Shown: positions 16,216 to 25,975, counted from the stretch's first letter. The stretch is DNA of 34,386 bases from Archangium sp. (GCA_031367385.1 JANLPS010000137.1:1-34386); one strand, 5' to 3'. Notes: generated by a model not told the origin, from the sequence alone. Program-made: numbers and translations.

Positions 16216-18402
16216 ATGTCCAGCCTGGAAACGAGCATTTCGCCCCCGAATGCACTGAGCGCCGGCACTGACCTCGACGCAGCCTCGTTCAGCGGCCCGC
16301 CCGGGCCTCCCGACGCGCCCTCGGGGCCCAACGTCGAGTGGTGGCAGAAGAACGGCGGGCAGCCGTGGCTCGAAGAGGTCGAGCGCCGACGGCCGACACA
16401 GAACCGGTACAACCGGCAAGAAGCCTGGCTCACCGGCCACTTTGCCTCCGGCCCGGCGCTGCGCGTGCTCGACTTCGGCTGCGGCTACGGCCGGCACCTG
16501 AAAAACCTCAAGAACCTGAGCAACATCGAGCTCTACGGCTGTGACATGAGCCCCACGATGATCGGCCGCGTGGGCGAATACGTCGGCGACCCGGCGTGGG
16601 CGCGCGATCACGTGCGCCAGATCGTGCCCGCAGGCGAATTGCCCTACCCTGATCAGTTCTTCGACGTGACCTACTCGAGCGAAGTGCTCATTCACGTGCA
16701 CCCCGATGATCTCCCCAAAGTGCTCAAGGAGATGATTCGCGTCACCTTCGAACGTCTGGTGCTGATCGAGAACAAGCGAGTCACCAAGACCGAGCTCGGC
16801 GGTATGGCGCACGAAGGGTGCTGGCTGCACGACTTCTCAGGCCCGCTGGCCGCGCTCGGCTTCAACCGCGTCAAAGTGCTCGACGACGTGTTGGGCGATC
16901 AAGACATCTACATGCTCGACCTCGAGCGAGGCGCCGACAGCCACATCGGCCGTCGATACCGCGCCAGCGTGGCTTCGCGCGACGCCGAGATCTCGTGGCT
17001 GCGCAAGCACGCGGTTCGCGAGGCCGCCGCCTTCGGAGCGGTCGAGCTGCAAGACGCGGTCGAACGCTCAGCCAAAGAGCTCGACGCCTCGAAAGCCAGC
17101 CTGGCCGCGATGGAGAGCGAGCTCACCGACGCCCTCAAGCGCCGCATTCAGGCCGACGGCGCGCGGTTGGTCATGGAGCGCCAGTACAATGAGCTCTCGG
17201 CCGAGCACCACCGGGTCTCCGACGAGCTGGGCCGTCTCGATCGTTCGCTGATGCGCCGGTTGGTGAAGCGCGCGAAGACGTTCGACCGCACCTACGCGGT
17301 GATGCGAACCGTGGTCGACAAGGCCGACCTCGCGGTTCACTTTCGCCCGCTCAACCGCGCGCTGCAGAGCTCGACCGAGGTGGTGGTACCGAGCCTGCCC
17401 TTCGCCAAGATCGCGCACGCCGCGATGCCCGCGACGCCGGAGGCCTTCGTGCACGCCGCGCCGCGAGTCGTCGGCATCTGCCACCCATTCTGGCGTGGCA
17501 TTCGCGCCTCGACCTACGGCTTGTGCGACGCGGTGCTCGAGATCGAGGAGATCACCGGCGACGATCATGCCGACGCGATCGCCGAATTCATTCGCGAGGC
17601 GGGCAGCTCGGTGGTGGTCATTCAGGGCATCCCCCCTGGGTCTGACCGCTTGGCGATTCGCCTGCGCAAGGCGCTGCCCAAGCTGCGAATTCTGCACGTC
17701 TTTCACGGCTCGACCGCACAGCAGACCTACGCCAACGAGGTGCCTTTTCTGCAAGCGATGATCGACCTGGTGCAGGCGGGCGTCATCGATGGGCTCGGGT
17801 TCGTGAAGGTTGGCATGGCCAGGTGCCTCGAGCGCGAAGGGCTGCCCGCGTACCCGCTCTTCAACAAGGCGAATCTCGCCGCCAAGCCGCCCAAGGTGCT
17901 GCCCTTCACCGGTGGCGCGATGAACCTCGGCGTCTTCGTGCCGACCTCGGTGCACAAAAACATCAACACCCAAGTGATGGCCGCGCTGGCGATACCCAAT
18001 GCGGTCGTGCACGTGAATCAGCCGCCGACGGGCATGTTCGAGCGCTACAAAGAGCGCCTGGTGGTGCACGGGCTGCTGCGGCACGACGCCTTTCTCGACA
18101 AGCTCGGAGAGATGGACGCCAACCTCTACGTCACGCTCGCCGAGTGCTACCCGATGACCGTGATCGAGAGCCTCGAGCGCGGCGTGGTCTGCCTCACCAG
18201 CCACACCTCGCCGATCTTCAACGAGCACCCCGAGCTGCGCAAAGCGCTGGTGGTCAGCGAGCTCGATGACCCGTGGGCGATCGCGCGGCAGGTCGAGCAA
18301 GCCGTCGCGAATCGTCAGGCGATCATCGCTCTGGCGCACGAGCACTTGGGCCACCTCAACCGTCAAGCCGACGCCATGTGGAAGAAGTTCATCGATGGGT
18401 AA
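16216..18402 (+). CDS. Class I SAM methyltransferase - coiled coil - GT-B glycosyltransferase fusion
   Basis: RVLDFGCGYG, YGCDMS, LPYPDQFFD..YSSEVLIHV; heptad region LQDAVERSAKELDASKASLAAMESELTDALKRR...LGRLDRSL; C-terminal GT with HKN and E-x7-E (ECYPMTVIE). Confidence 0.85.
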   Translation: MSSLETSISPPNALSAGTDLDAASFSGPPGPPDAPSGPNVEWWQKNGGQPWLEEVERRRPTQNRYNRQEAWLTGHFASGPALRVLDFGCGYGRHLKNLKNLSNIELYGCDMSPTMIGRVGEYVGDPAWARDHVRQIVPAGELPYPDQFFDVTYSSEVLIHVHPDDLPKVLKEMIRVTFERLVLIENKRVTKTELGGMAHEGCWLHDFSGPLAALGFNRVKVLDDVLGDQDIYMLDLERGADSHIGRRYRASVASRDAEISWLRKHAVREAAAFGAVELQDAVERSAKELDASKASLAAMESELTDALKRRIQADGARLVMERQYNELSAEHHRVSDELGRLDRSLMRRLVKRAKTFDRTYAVMRTVVDKADLAVHFRPLNRALQSSTEVVVPSLPFAKIAHAAMPATPEAFVHAAPRVVGICHPFWRGIRASTYGLCDAVLEIEEITGDDHADAIAEFIREAGSSVVVIQGIPPGSDRLAIRLRKALPKLRILHVFHGSTAQQTYANEVPFLQAMIDLVQAGVIDGLGFVKVGMARCLEREGLPAYPLFNKANLAAKPPKVLPFTGGAMNLGVFVPTSVHKNINTQVMAALAIPNAVVHVNQPPTGMFERYKERLVVHGLLRHDAFLDKLGEMDANLYVTLAECYPMTVIESLERGVVCLTSHTSPIFNEHPELRKALVVSELDDPWAIARQVEQAVANRQAIIALAHEHLGHLNRQADAMWKKFIDG

Positions 18403-19807
18403 GACAATCTGCCTGGTCACCTATGAGCTGGCGCCGGTGAATCGCGGCGGTGCGGGCGTGGTGATCGCCTCGCTCGCCGAGGCCCTCGCCTCCGCGGGGC
18501 ATGAGGTGCACCTGCTCGCCGACATGCCCGAGAAAGAGCTCGCCCGATATCGCGAAATCGTCGCCGCGAAAGGCCACCGCACCATCTTCGTGCACCAGCT
18601 CGAGACGTTGGCTCCGGTACCTGCTGGCTCGACCACCATCTATGGGGCCAAGAGCGGCCAGTTTCGCGACGCGATCTACGCGTTGGCCAAGCGCGTCTCG
18701 TTCGACCTGGTGGAGTTCTTCGAGTACGCGGGCAGCGCGTTCGAGACGTTGGTGCGCCGAACGCCGCATGACGCGCTTGCGCACACCGAGATCGTCGTTC
18801 GCATTCACGGCAGCCTCGGCATGATCGACCAAGTCGAGGGCAACGCGCACGTCTCGACCGATCGCCACACCATGTACCGCATGGAGGAGTGGGCGCTGCG
18901 CCTCGCCGATACGGTGATCGCCCCGTTGCGCGGCGTCGGCAACCAGTACCAGCAGATCTACGGCTTCGACCCGGCCCGCCTCCGCGTGTGCCCGCCTCCG
19001 ATGGAGCAGCTGCTCGCCGAGATCGGTCGACCGGTCGCTCGCGACAGCGAGCTGAACGAGGTCGTGTTCTACGGCAAGCTCCAGTCGGTCAAGGGATGCG
19101 AGACCTTCGTCGATGCGGGCCTGCTGCTCACCGAAGGCCGCCCGAACCTGCGCTTCGTGTTGGTGGGCCCCGACACCAACGATGCCGAGGGCCACAGCAT
19201 GCGGGCCCGCCTCGACTCGCTCATCGCCGAGCGGTGGCGGGGCCGGTTTCGCTTCGTGTCGCACATTCAGCGTTCGGAGCTCGGCGCGCTGGTCTCGCGA
19301 GCGCTCTGCGCGGTGGTGCCCTCGAAGGCCGAGTCGTTCTGCTTGGCTGCGCACGAGCTGCATCGGGTGGGCGCGCCGCTGGTGCTCTCAGACGTGCCGG
19401 CGTTTCGCGATGCCTTCAAGGCGGAGCAGAGCTGCCTGTTCTTCGACGGCACCGCGACCGACTTGGCGGTGCAGATCGAGCGGCTCGCGCGGCACCCCGA
19501 GCTCGCCCGCAAGCTGGGCAACTCGGGCAACGACATGCACTACCCCGACCTGGCGACGATGTACGAGCTCGACAAGCCGGCCCTCAACGAGATGCCGCAC
19601 GCGGCGGCGTTTGCCTCGCGAGAGGTCGGGTCGCTCGGGTTCTGGGGGGTGGAGCACAGCCGGCGCCACAACCGCCTCACCGAGCTCGAGCGGGCCATCG
19701 AAGGTGGCTCAGCCTCGGCGGCCTGGCGCTTCGCGAAATCAGTGGTGCCAGACAGCGTTCGGCAGCCGATGCGTCAGATGGTCAATCGTATTTTTCCCAA
19801 GTCGTAA
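18395..19807 (+). CDS. GT4-like glycosyltransferase
   Basis: Start ATG 18395 (MGKTICLVTYELAPVNRGG), GKLQSVKG, VVPSKAESFCLAAHE; overlaps the upstream stop. Confidence 0.9.
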   Translation: MGKTICLVTYELAPVNRGGAGVVIASLAEALASAGHEVHLLADMPEKELARYREIVAAKGHRTIFVHQLETLAPVPAGSTTIYGAKSGQFRDAIYALAKRVSFDLVEFFEYAGSAFETLVRRTPHDALAHTEIVVRIHGSLGMIDQVEGNAHVSTDRHTMYRMEEWALRLADTVIAPLRGVGNQYQQIYGFDPARLRVCPPPMEQLLAEIGRPVARDSELNEVVFYGKLQSVKGCETFVDAGLLLTEGRPNLRFVLVGPDTNDAEGHSMRARLDSLIAERWRGRFRFVSHIQRSELGALVSRALCAVVPSKAESFCLAAHELHRVGAPLVLSDVPAFRDAFKAEQSCLFFDGTATDLAVQIERLARHPELARKLGNSGNDMHYPDLATMYELDKPALNEMPHAAAFASREVGSLGFWGVEHSRRHNRLTELERAIEGGSASAAWRFAKSVVPDSVRQPMRQMVNRIFPKS

Positions 19808-19816
19808 GGAGCCGTC

Positions 19817-20509
19817 ATGCGCACGTACCCAGCCCGCTACACTTCGAACATCCCCGACTGGCTTGCTCCGACCCAAGACGTGCCGAATGAGCACGAGATG
19901 GCCCTCGCGAATTCGCGGCGACAGCCGTTTCTCTTCGCCAAAGACGGTTTGCCTTACATGGTCGACGTGGTGCGCGCGATGCGGCTGCTCAAAGGTCGGC
20001 GCACCTATGTCGAGGTCGGCACCTACGACAAAGGCAGCCTGAGCTACTTCTCGAAGTTGCTCGCTCCCGACGCGCACCTCATCGACGTCGACATCGAGCA
20101 CCGCCCCGAGCACACCACCTTGCTCAAAGAATACCTCGAGCCCACCCAGCGCCTGACCACCGTGGTCGGCGACTCATCGGCGGCATCGACGCTCGAAGAG
20201 GTGAAGCAGGCGATCGGCCCTGGTGGGGCAGACGCGGTCTTCATCGACGGCAACCACGCGGCGGGGTACGCCTTCGCCGACTACGCCAACTTCTCGCGCA
20301 TGATGGCGCCAGGCGGGTTGATGTTCTTTCACGACCTGTACTGGGAGGGCGACGCCCAGACCTTCGGCGTCTCGCGCGCGATGGAGTGGATCGACCGGGT
20401 TCAGCCGGTACACGTGGTGTTCTCAGACCACCCGGTGCACCGCTTCTTGCCGTGGATGGACAAGAACGAGAGCATCTGGGGCGGCATGGGCATCATCGGG
20501 CCCTTCTAA
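19817..20509 (+). CDS. Class I SAM methyltransferase (Methyltransf_24-like, probable sugar O-methyltransferase)
   Basis: YVEVGT..GS, GDS, DAVFIDGNH, PGGLMFFHD. SD AAGGAG upstream. Confidence 0.88.
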   Translation: MRTYPARYTSNIPDWLAPTQDVPNEHEMALANSRRQPFLFAKDGLPYMVDVVRAMRLLKGRRTYVEVGTYDKGSLSYFSKLLAPDAHLIDVDIEHRPEHTTLLKEYLEPTQRLTTVVGDSSAASTLEEVKQAIGPGGADAVFIDGNHAAGYAFADYANFSRMMAPGGLMFFHDLYWEGDAQTFGVSRAMEWIDRVQPVHVVFSDHPVHRFLPWMDKNESIWGGMGIIGPF

Positions 20510-20513
20510 GACT

Positions 20514-21911
20514 TCAGGCGGCACCGCCGCTGGCCCTTGCGAGCGGCGCGCGGTAGGTCAGCATCGGGAGCATCACCAGAGCGAGCATCGCGGTGCTCTC
20601 GAGGTAGCGATACTCCATGGTGCCGGTGAAGGCGGCAATCACCAGCGTGTTCGCCAGCACTGGCAGTGGGGCGAGCAACAACCGAGGCTGCCGATTGCGA
20701 GCCGCGACCACCACTGTCACCGTCAGCAACAGATACAGATACGAGCCAGGCGCCCACGCGAACGGCCGAGCCCCATCGGTCGTGGACCAGCGAAGCACGC
20801 CTTCAATCGCACGCCACGGAGCAGCCCACCCATGTTCCACCGGCGCCGCTTCCCATGGCGGCGTGTGGCCGACCTGCTGCGTCCACGGCACGTCTTCGTT
20901 GAAGCTGAAGGCGAACAGGTACATCGGCGTTGGAGTCACCTTCCATATGAACCCGTTCAGGCACAGCTGATGACGAACGTTCACCATCGGGGCCTGCCGC
21001 GTGAAGTGCCACCAGGTCGACAGCGCGGCGCCGGCGTTCTCGCGAAACGCGTCACCCTTGAAGTCGTGGTTGAAGCCCGTGACCATGCCCGAGGTGCAGT
21101 CGTAGGGCCACGGGAGGTTGGGGTAAACTTTGCTGAGAAACGGCTTGTCCTCCTCGGCGACGGGCGTTCCGGCGACGGTGTGTGCAGCGAGCTGCAGGGC
21201 GAGCGGGTTGAAGATGCCCGACCCCGCTGTCGCCGGTCGCACACCGATCAGTTGATACAGGGGCCGATCGATCAGCAAAAACATCGCCAGCGTTGCGGCC
21301 AGACTCACCGCGGCGAAGCGCCTCAAATGCTTGATAAAGACCAGCACCGCAAACAGGGTCAGCAGCGGCACCGGAGGCCCGTTGGGCCGAAGCAACGCGA
21401 CGAGCGTGCCCATGATCACCATCGGCGCAACTTTGCCGAAGCGCAGTGCGGGAGCAGACGTGTCGACGAGCAACCGAATAATCAGCACTGCGAAGACGAG
21501 CACCGCCGAGCTGAAGAAGGCGTCGGGCCAGACCGAGATCGCGAGCACCGCGTGGGCCGGCAGCACAGCCAACGCCACCGCCGAGACCCACGCCAACCGC
21601 CGTGAGCCACCCCGCGCGACAAGCTCACGGAGCGACCAGGCGAGCGAGAACACCATCACCCCGACCTGTGCGAGGACGATCGGCGCGGGTGAATGCCACT
21701 GGCGCGTCAAGAGCCGTGCGAGGATGTTGTACAGCACCGAGTGGGCACGGCTGAAGACCCCTGCCTCGGCCTCCCCCCAGGTCTCGATTGAGTCGTTGCT
21801 CATGACCGCCGGCCAGAACGCAGCGGCATAGGTCCCGTACGCGGCGATGAGCAAAAGGAGATAGAGCCGTCCGAGCCGCTCCCAGTTGCCAACGACACGC
21901 CGAAAACCCAT
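20514..21911 (-). CDS. Polytopic membrane protein, probable GT-C-fold glycosyltransferase (DUF6020-like)
   Basis: FWPAVMSNDSIETW...HSVLY first loop, WPDAFF, LRPNG, large external loop, C-terminal EYRY before the last TM. Confidence 0.65.
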   Translation of the reverse strand: MGFRRVVGNWERLGRLYLLLLIAAYGTYAAAFWPAVMSNDSIETWGEAEAGVFSRAHSVLYNILARLLTRQWHSPAPIVLAQVGVMVFSLAWSLRELVARGGSRRLAWVSAVALAVLPAHAVLAISVWPDAFFSSAVLVFAVLIIRLLVDTSAPALRFGKVAPMVIMGTLVALLRPNGPPVPLLTLFAVLVFIKHLRRFAAVSLAATLAMFLLIDRPLYQLIGVRPATAGSGIFNPLALQLAAHTVAGTPVAEEDKPFLSKVYPNLPWPYDCTSGMVTGFNHDFKGDAFRENAGAALSTWWHFTRQAPMVNVRHQLCLNGFIWKVTPTPMYLFAFSFNEDVPWTQQVGHTPPWEAAPVEHGWAAPWRAIEGVLRWSTTDGARPFAWAPGSYLYLLLTVTVVVAARNRQPRLLLAPLPVLANTLVIAAFTGTMEYRYLESTAMLALVMLPMLTYRAPLARASGGAA

Positions 21912-21974
21912 GCCCGCCCCTACCAGAGAGCGATCGGGGTCGCAAAGCTGTTGCGAGTGAGTCGCTTCGGGGCG

Positions 21975-22502
21975 CTAAAACAGCCCCGCCTTCAGCGACT
22001 TGATCGTCATCTCGATTCGCTGCTCAACGGCCGGGTCGATGTCGAGGCTTCGGTAACTGCCCATGTCCATTTTGCCTCCGGGAGCGGCGCTGACGGCCCA
22101 GTGGTCAATCGTGAACAAAAAGGGGCCATTTGTGAAGTGCCGGCTCTCGTCGTACGGCTCGTGATTCTCGGTCTTGCGCTTCTTGCGCTTGGCTTCTGAG
22201 TCAATTTCGTCTTTGAGTTCTGAGCTCGCCTTCATCGAGCCCGAGTACCGGGTCACCTCGACCACGACACCGTCGATGCGCAAAGCGACGTGCTCTTCCC
22301 AGTCGGGGGCTGGCACGAAGGGCAGCGCTCTGAACTTCTCCATCAGCAATTTTTCGTCGGCGGTTGGCTCGACCTTCTCGACACTCAGCCCGCGCGCCTG
22401 TAACGCCAGGCTTAGTTGGCCGACCGTCTTCGCTCGGCCGCGGCAGGCTGTCGAGCCCACCAGGCACACCATCACCCCGATCACCGCCGCGTTTCGTTTC
22501 AC
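21975..22502 (-). CDS. Hypothetical lipoprotein
   Basis: MKRNAAVIGVMVCLVGSTAC lipobox-like signal from GTG 22502; the ORF track starts at 22532. Confidence 0.6.
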   Translation of the reverse strand: MKRNAAVIGVMVCLVGSTACRGRAKTVGQLSLALQARGLSVEKVEPTADEKLLMEKFRALPFVPAPDWEEHVALRIDGVVVEVTRYSGSMKASSELKDEIDSEAKRKKRKTENHEPYDESRHFTNGPFLFTIDHWAVSAAPGGKMDMGSYRSLDIDPAVEQRIEMTIKSLKAGLF

Positions 22503-22560
22503 GAGCGGCACGATGGCAGATTCACGCCCCACTCCGATAGCGCTCGCTGGGTTCGCGGGC

Positions 22561-23703
22561 TCACATGCCCGAGGAGCCCCTACTTCCCAAACGCTTCGTC
22601 AGGTGGCGCACCTTGGCCGCGGCTTTCGCTGACACGCGCTGAAAATTCGCAGCGCTCGCGGTGAGAAACTCTTTCGTCACCCGCTCCTGCCTCTGGAGGA
22701 ATACCCCAACTGCCTGGGGCAGCACGCCTCTCTTCTTCGGGTGCGCGACTTCGCCGGGGCCACGCTTGCGCAGCACCAAGTCAAGACTCGGGAGCGCAAA
22801 TCCTCGGTCAACACGAGGCAGGTGTGTTTCGAACAACTCATCGAGAGCACGATCATATGTGGCGTGCGCCAGACTCTTCCTTTGCGACAACCGGCCCGAA
22901 CGACCGTCGTTGAGAACCTCGAAATTCTCCAACCCAATTGCCAACTCGAACTCGTGGTAGCTGACGCCACGGCCAAGCCGGTACAGGTTCTCGAAAACAT
23001 CTGCGCCGACGTTCTCCAAGGAAAAATGGGGACGTTTCGATTTGATTGAGTACTTCACCGCGAGCTCGTCGGGCAGCGTGTGAAAAAATGGCACCCAGAA
23101 ACTGTGCCAGTCATTCCAATTGAGCCGATTCGGCGTTTCGTAAATGACGATGAGGCCGCCAGGTTTAAGCAGTGACCAGAGGCCGCTCAACGTCGAAAGA
23201 CGCTCGTCAATCGTCAGATGTTCGAGCAACGCTACGAGCAGAATGACATCGACCTCTGAGCCAACTTGTCGACTGAACCGTGCAATGCCTTCACTGCTCT
23301 GCGCCCAGGCCGGGTCGAGCAGATTGAATACGATATTTTCGTTGCCCATCAATCGGGCACGCTCTTTCGCAGCTGCTACGGCCGGCCCGCCAATGTCGAA
23401 GGTCGCGAGGCGTGCAACAAACGGAGCGATCGCAGTGGCCGACGACCCGGTACCGGTGCCGATCTCGAGCGCAGTCTTACCTCTCAGATCGTACACATCA
23501 GAAATCCACGGGATCAGTCGCTCTCGCATCTCGCGCATGCGCCCGTGAATGTGATTTTCAACGTCGGCTATGCCATCCGGGGAATCGAGATAGCTCTGGT
23601 CTGTCTCCTTGAAATACGTCTCGAGTAAGCACTTTCGAAAGAGCCGTGAGTACTCTGCTGGTTCATCAATCTGCGGATCCGTACGTGCCGCTTTGGAAAG
23701 CAT
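22561..23703 (-). CDS. Class I SAM methyltransferase with basic C-terminal tail
   Basis: ALEIGTGTG, FDI, DVILLVALLEHL, LLKPGGLIVIYETPN. SD AAGGAG 5 nt before ATG 23703. Confidence 0.88.
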   Translation of the reverse strand: MLSKAARTDPQIDEPAEYSRLFRKCLLETYFKETDQSYLDSPDGIADVENHIHGRMREMRERLIPWISDVYDLRGKTALEIGTGTGSSATAIAPFVARLATFDIGGPAVAAAKERARLMGNENIVFNLLDPAWAQSSEGIARFSRQVGSEVDVILLVALLEHLTIDERLSTLSGLWSLLKPGGLIVIYETPNRLNWNDWHSFWVPFFHTLPDELAVKYSIKSKRPHFSLENVGADVFENLYRLGRGVSYHEFELAIGLENFEVLNDGRSGRLSQRKSLAHATYDRALDELFETHLPRVDRGFALPSLDLVLRKRGPGEVAHPKKRGVLPQAVGVFLQRQERVTKEFLTASAANFQRVSAKAAAKVRHLTKRLGSRGSSGM

Positions 23704-23727
23704 CGCCACTCCTTAGTCGCATTCTGC

Positions 23728-25632
23728 CTAGCGGCGCAGCTTGAGACCTTCATGGCCATCACCGGTCAAAAGTATCCGCAGAGCGTCACGGGCACGGAGG
23801 CTCGCGCTCGACGGGCTCGAAGCCACTCGGTCGTATACGGCGAGTGTCCGCTCGGCGGTCTGCCTCCAGGTGAAGGTCTTCACTCGCTCCAGGCCTCGCG
23901 CGACGAGTTCAGCTCGGGTCGCCGGCACCAAAACCGACTTCATCGCGTGCGCCAATGCGCCCGGTGACCACTGATCGAGAATCACCGCCGCGCGGCCTGC
24001 GACCTCGGGCATCGCCGAGACACCGAGTGCAATCACCGGCACCCCAAGCGCCATCGCCTCGAGCATCGGCAACCCGAACCCCTCGTAGGTCGAGGGGAAA
24101 ATCAGACCTTGCGCGCCTTGCAGCACGAAGCCGACATCTTCGGCGGGCAACTCGCCCAGATACCGGGCACCTGAGCTCGCGGAGAAAAACGCACCCGAGA
24201 CTCGTGACGGAGGGCCTGCGAAAACGACCTCAACTCCCGCGAACCGGGCCGCCTCGAGCGCGAAGTGCAGGTTCTTGTGCGGGTAGTCACTGCCCAGCAC
24301 CAGAAAGTACGGCTTCGTCAGCTCGTACTTCGTTGTCGGAGTCACCACCGTCGGAGCCTCGACTCCAAGGTGCACCACGTCGACTTGCCCGAGCCCGAAC
24401 GTCTCGACGAGGTCTCGCTTCGCCGACTCGGAGATCGCGATGATGCCCTGGGCCGCCTGCAGGCACGCCCAGGTGAGCGCCCGAAACGTTTCAACCCGCT
24501 GCCACTCCTTGAGCGCCGACGGAGATCGATACGCGATCAGGTCTTGCCACGTCAGCACGACGTGCCCAGCGGCCGAGAACAACCGCGCCGCCTCGGCCTT
24601 TTCGTACACCTGTGACGGGTGGTGTACGACGTCGAACTCGCGCCCATCTGAGCGATCGACAATGGGCACGCCGCGCTCGAGAAAGTACTGCCCCATCGCC
24701 TCATTCGCGACCCGAGCAGTCAGGTCGACGGCTTCGAGCTCGGCCATCGCCTCAACCAACGACACCGCATACGCCGCCGTGCCGTGAATTCGCGGCGCGA
24801 CGACGTGTGACACATCGACGCACACCTTGAGCTTGCCGAGCGATCTCCGTGCCGCGATCGCCGCGACCCGGGCATGGGGGCCAGCCTCGAAGCTTCGATT
24901 CTGCTCGAGGTAGTGCGGGTAGCGGGCATGCAGCCGTCGCGCGTTGATCACGTCGAGGGCATTTCGCTCACTGCCGAATGACACCTGACCCAGGTGGTAA
25001 ACGAAGGCCCGATTCGCCCGCGCCACGACGAAGCCCAGCGCCTGAATGCGCTGACACCAATCGTTCTCTTCGTTGTACCCGCGGCCGTAGGCCGGGTCGA
25101 AGCCGCCAACCAGCTTCAGCATTTGGTCGCGCAGCAGCATGCAAAACCCGACGCCGGTGGGCACCTCGGTCCACCGGGGGAGGCCCTCGAGCTCGAGCTT
25201 CGAAACGTCGACGGCTTTTGGAGGCACGCCGCGGCCGAGCTCAGGAACCGAGCACAACGTCGCGTTATTCGACAGTGGGCAGACCGCGCCAATGCGCTCA
25301 TTCGAAGCGGCCACCTCGAGCAGCTCACCCAGCCACCCTTCAGTCACCCGGGTGTCGCTGTTCAAGATCACGACATCGCGTGCGCGCAGTGAAATGCCGC
25401 GATTGACCGAGGTGACGAAGCCCTGGTTCGTCTCGTTCTCGAGCAGCCTGATGCACGCATGCTCGTCGCGCAGTGCTCGCAGCATCGCGACCATCGCTTC
25501 ACGCTCGGGCCCGCAGTCATCGACGATGATCAGAAGGCCCAGCGCCTCTCCCGAGCACGCCAGCACCGACTCGACGCACGCCCGGGTCATCGCCACGTCG
25601 GCGTAGACCGGCACGACCACGTCAGCCTTCAC
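23728..25632 (-). CDS. Bifunctional glycosyltransferase, GT2 (rhamnosyltransferase-like) + GT4
   Basis: DVVVPVY..IVDD..NQGFVTSVNRG..LNSDT..GYNEEND; C-terminal PHKN...FPSTYEGFGLPMLEAMALG. Confidence 0.92.
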   Translation of the reverse strand: MKADVVVPVYADVAMTRACVESVLACSGEALGLLIIVDDCGPEREAMVAMLRALRDEHACIRLLENETNQGFVTSVNRGISLRARDVVILNSDTRVTEGWLGELLEVAASNERIGAVCPLSNNATLCSVPELGRGVPPKAVDVSKLELEGLPRWTEVPTGVGFCMLLRDQMLKLVGGFDPAYGRGYNEENDWCQRIQALGFVVARANRAFVYHLGQVSFGSERNALDVINARRLHARYPHYLEQNRSFEAGPHARVAAIAARRSLGKLKVCVDVSHVVAPRIHGTAAYAVSLVEAMAELEAVDLTARVANEAMGQYFLERGVPIVDRSDGREFDVVHHPSQVYEKAEAARLFSAAGHVVLTWQDLIAYRSPSALKEWQRVETFRALTWACLQAAQGIIAISESAKRDLVETFGLGQVDVVHLGVEAPTVVTPTTKYELTKPYFLVLGSDYPHKNLHFALEAARFAGVEVVFAGPPSRVSGAFFSASSGARYLGELPAEDVGFVLQGAQGLIFPSTYEGFGLPMLEAMALGVPVIALGVSAMPEVAGRAAVILDQWSPGALAHAMKSVLVPATRAELVARGLERVKTFTWRQTAERTLAVYDRVASSPSSASLRARDALRILLTGDGHEGLKLRR

Positions 25633-25952
25633 GGCGACTTGAGCCCACTCGCGAGCGACTTCACCGCCCGGTGCAGGGGGCCGAGCAGCGATTTCACGGT
25701 CTCGTTGGCCTGGTCGACCAGTACGTACCTCAACGGAGGCGCTCCCAAGCCAGCGCTGACCGGGTACGCGGGAGGGGCCTGCTCACCCACGCGCTGGGCG
25801 CTCACCCGAGTATTGTCGAGCTGCGCGCGAAGGTCGGCGACTTGCGCCAGCGCGGCATCGCGCTCTGCCAGCGCCTCGTTCAACCGCTTGCTGAGCCCCG
25901 ACGAATCGACCGCCACCCCGCGCTTGGCCTTGTTCACCATGAAGCCACTCAT
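25629..25952 (-). CDS. Small coiled-coil protein with C-terminal amphipathic PPLRY motif
   Basis: LSKRLNEALAERDAALAQVADLRAQLD heptads; PPLRYVLVDQANETVKSLLGPLHRAVKSLASGL. An in-frame stop lies just upstream, so it is stand-alone. GTGA overlap with the downstream GT. Start may be 25940. Confidence 0.75.
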   Translation of the reverse strand: MSGFMVNKAKRGVAVDSSGLSKRLNEALAERDAALAQVADLRAQLDNTRVSAQRVGEQAPPAYPVSAGLGAPPLRYVLVDQANETVKSLLGPLHRAVKSLASGLKSP

Positions 25953-25975
25953 ACCTCACGCTGCGGCTTCTGGTC

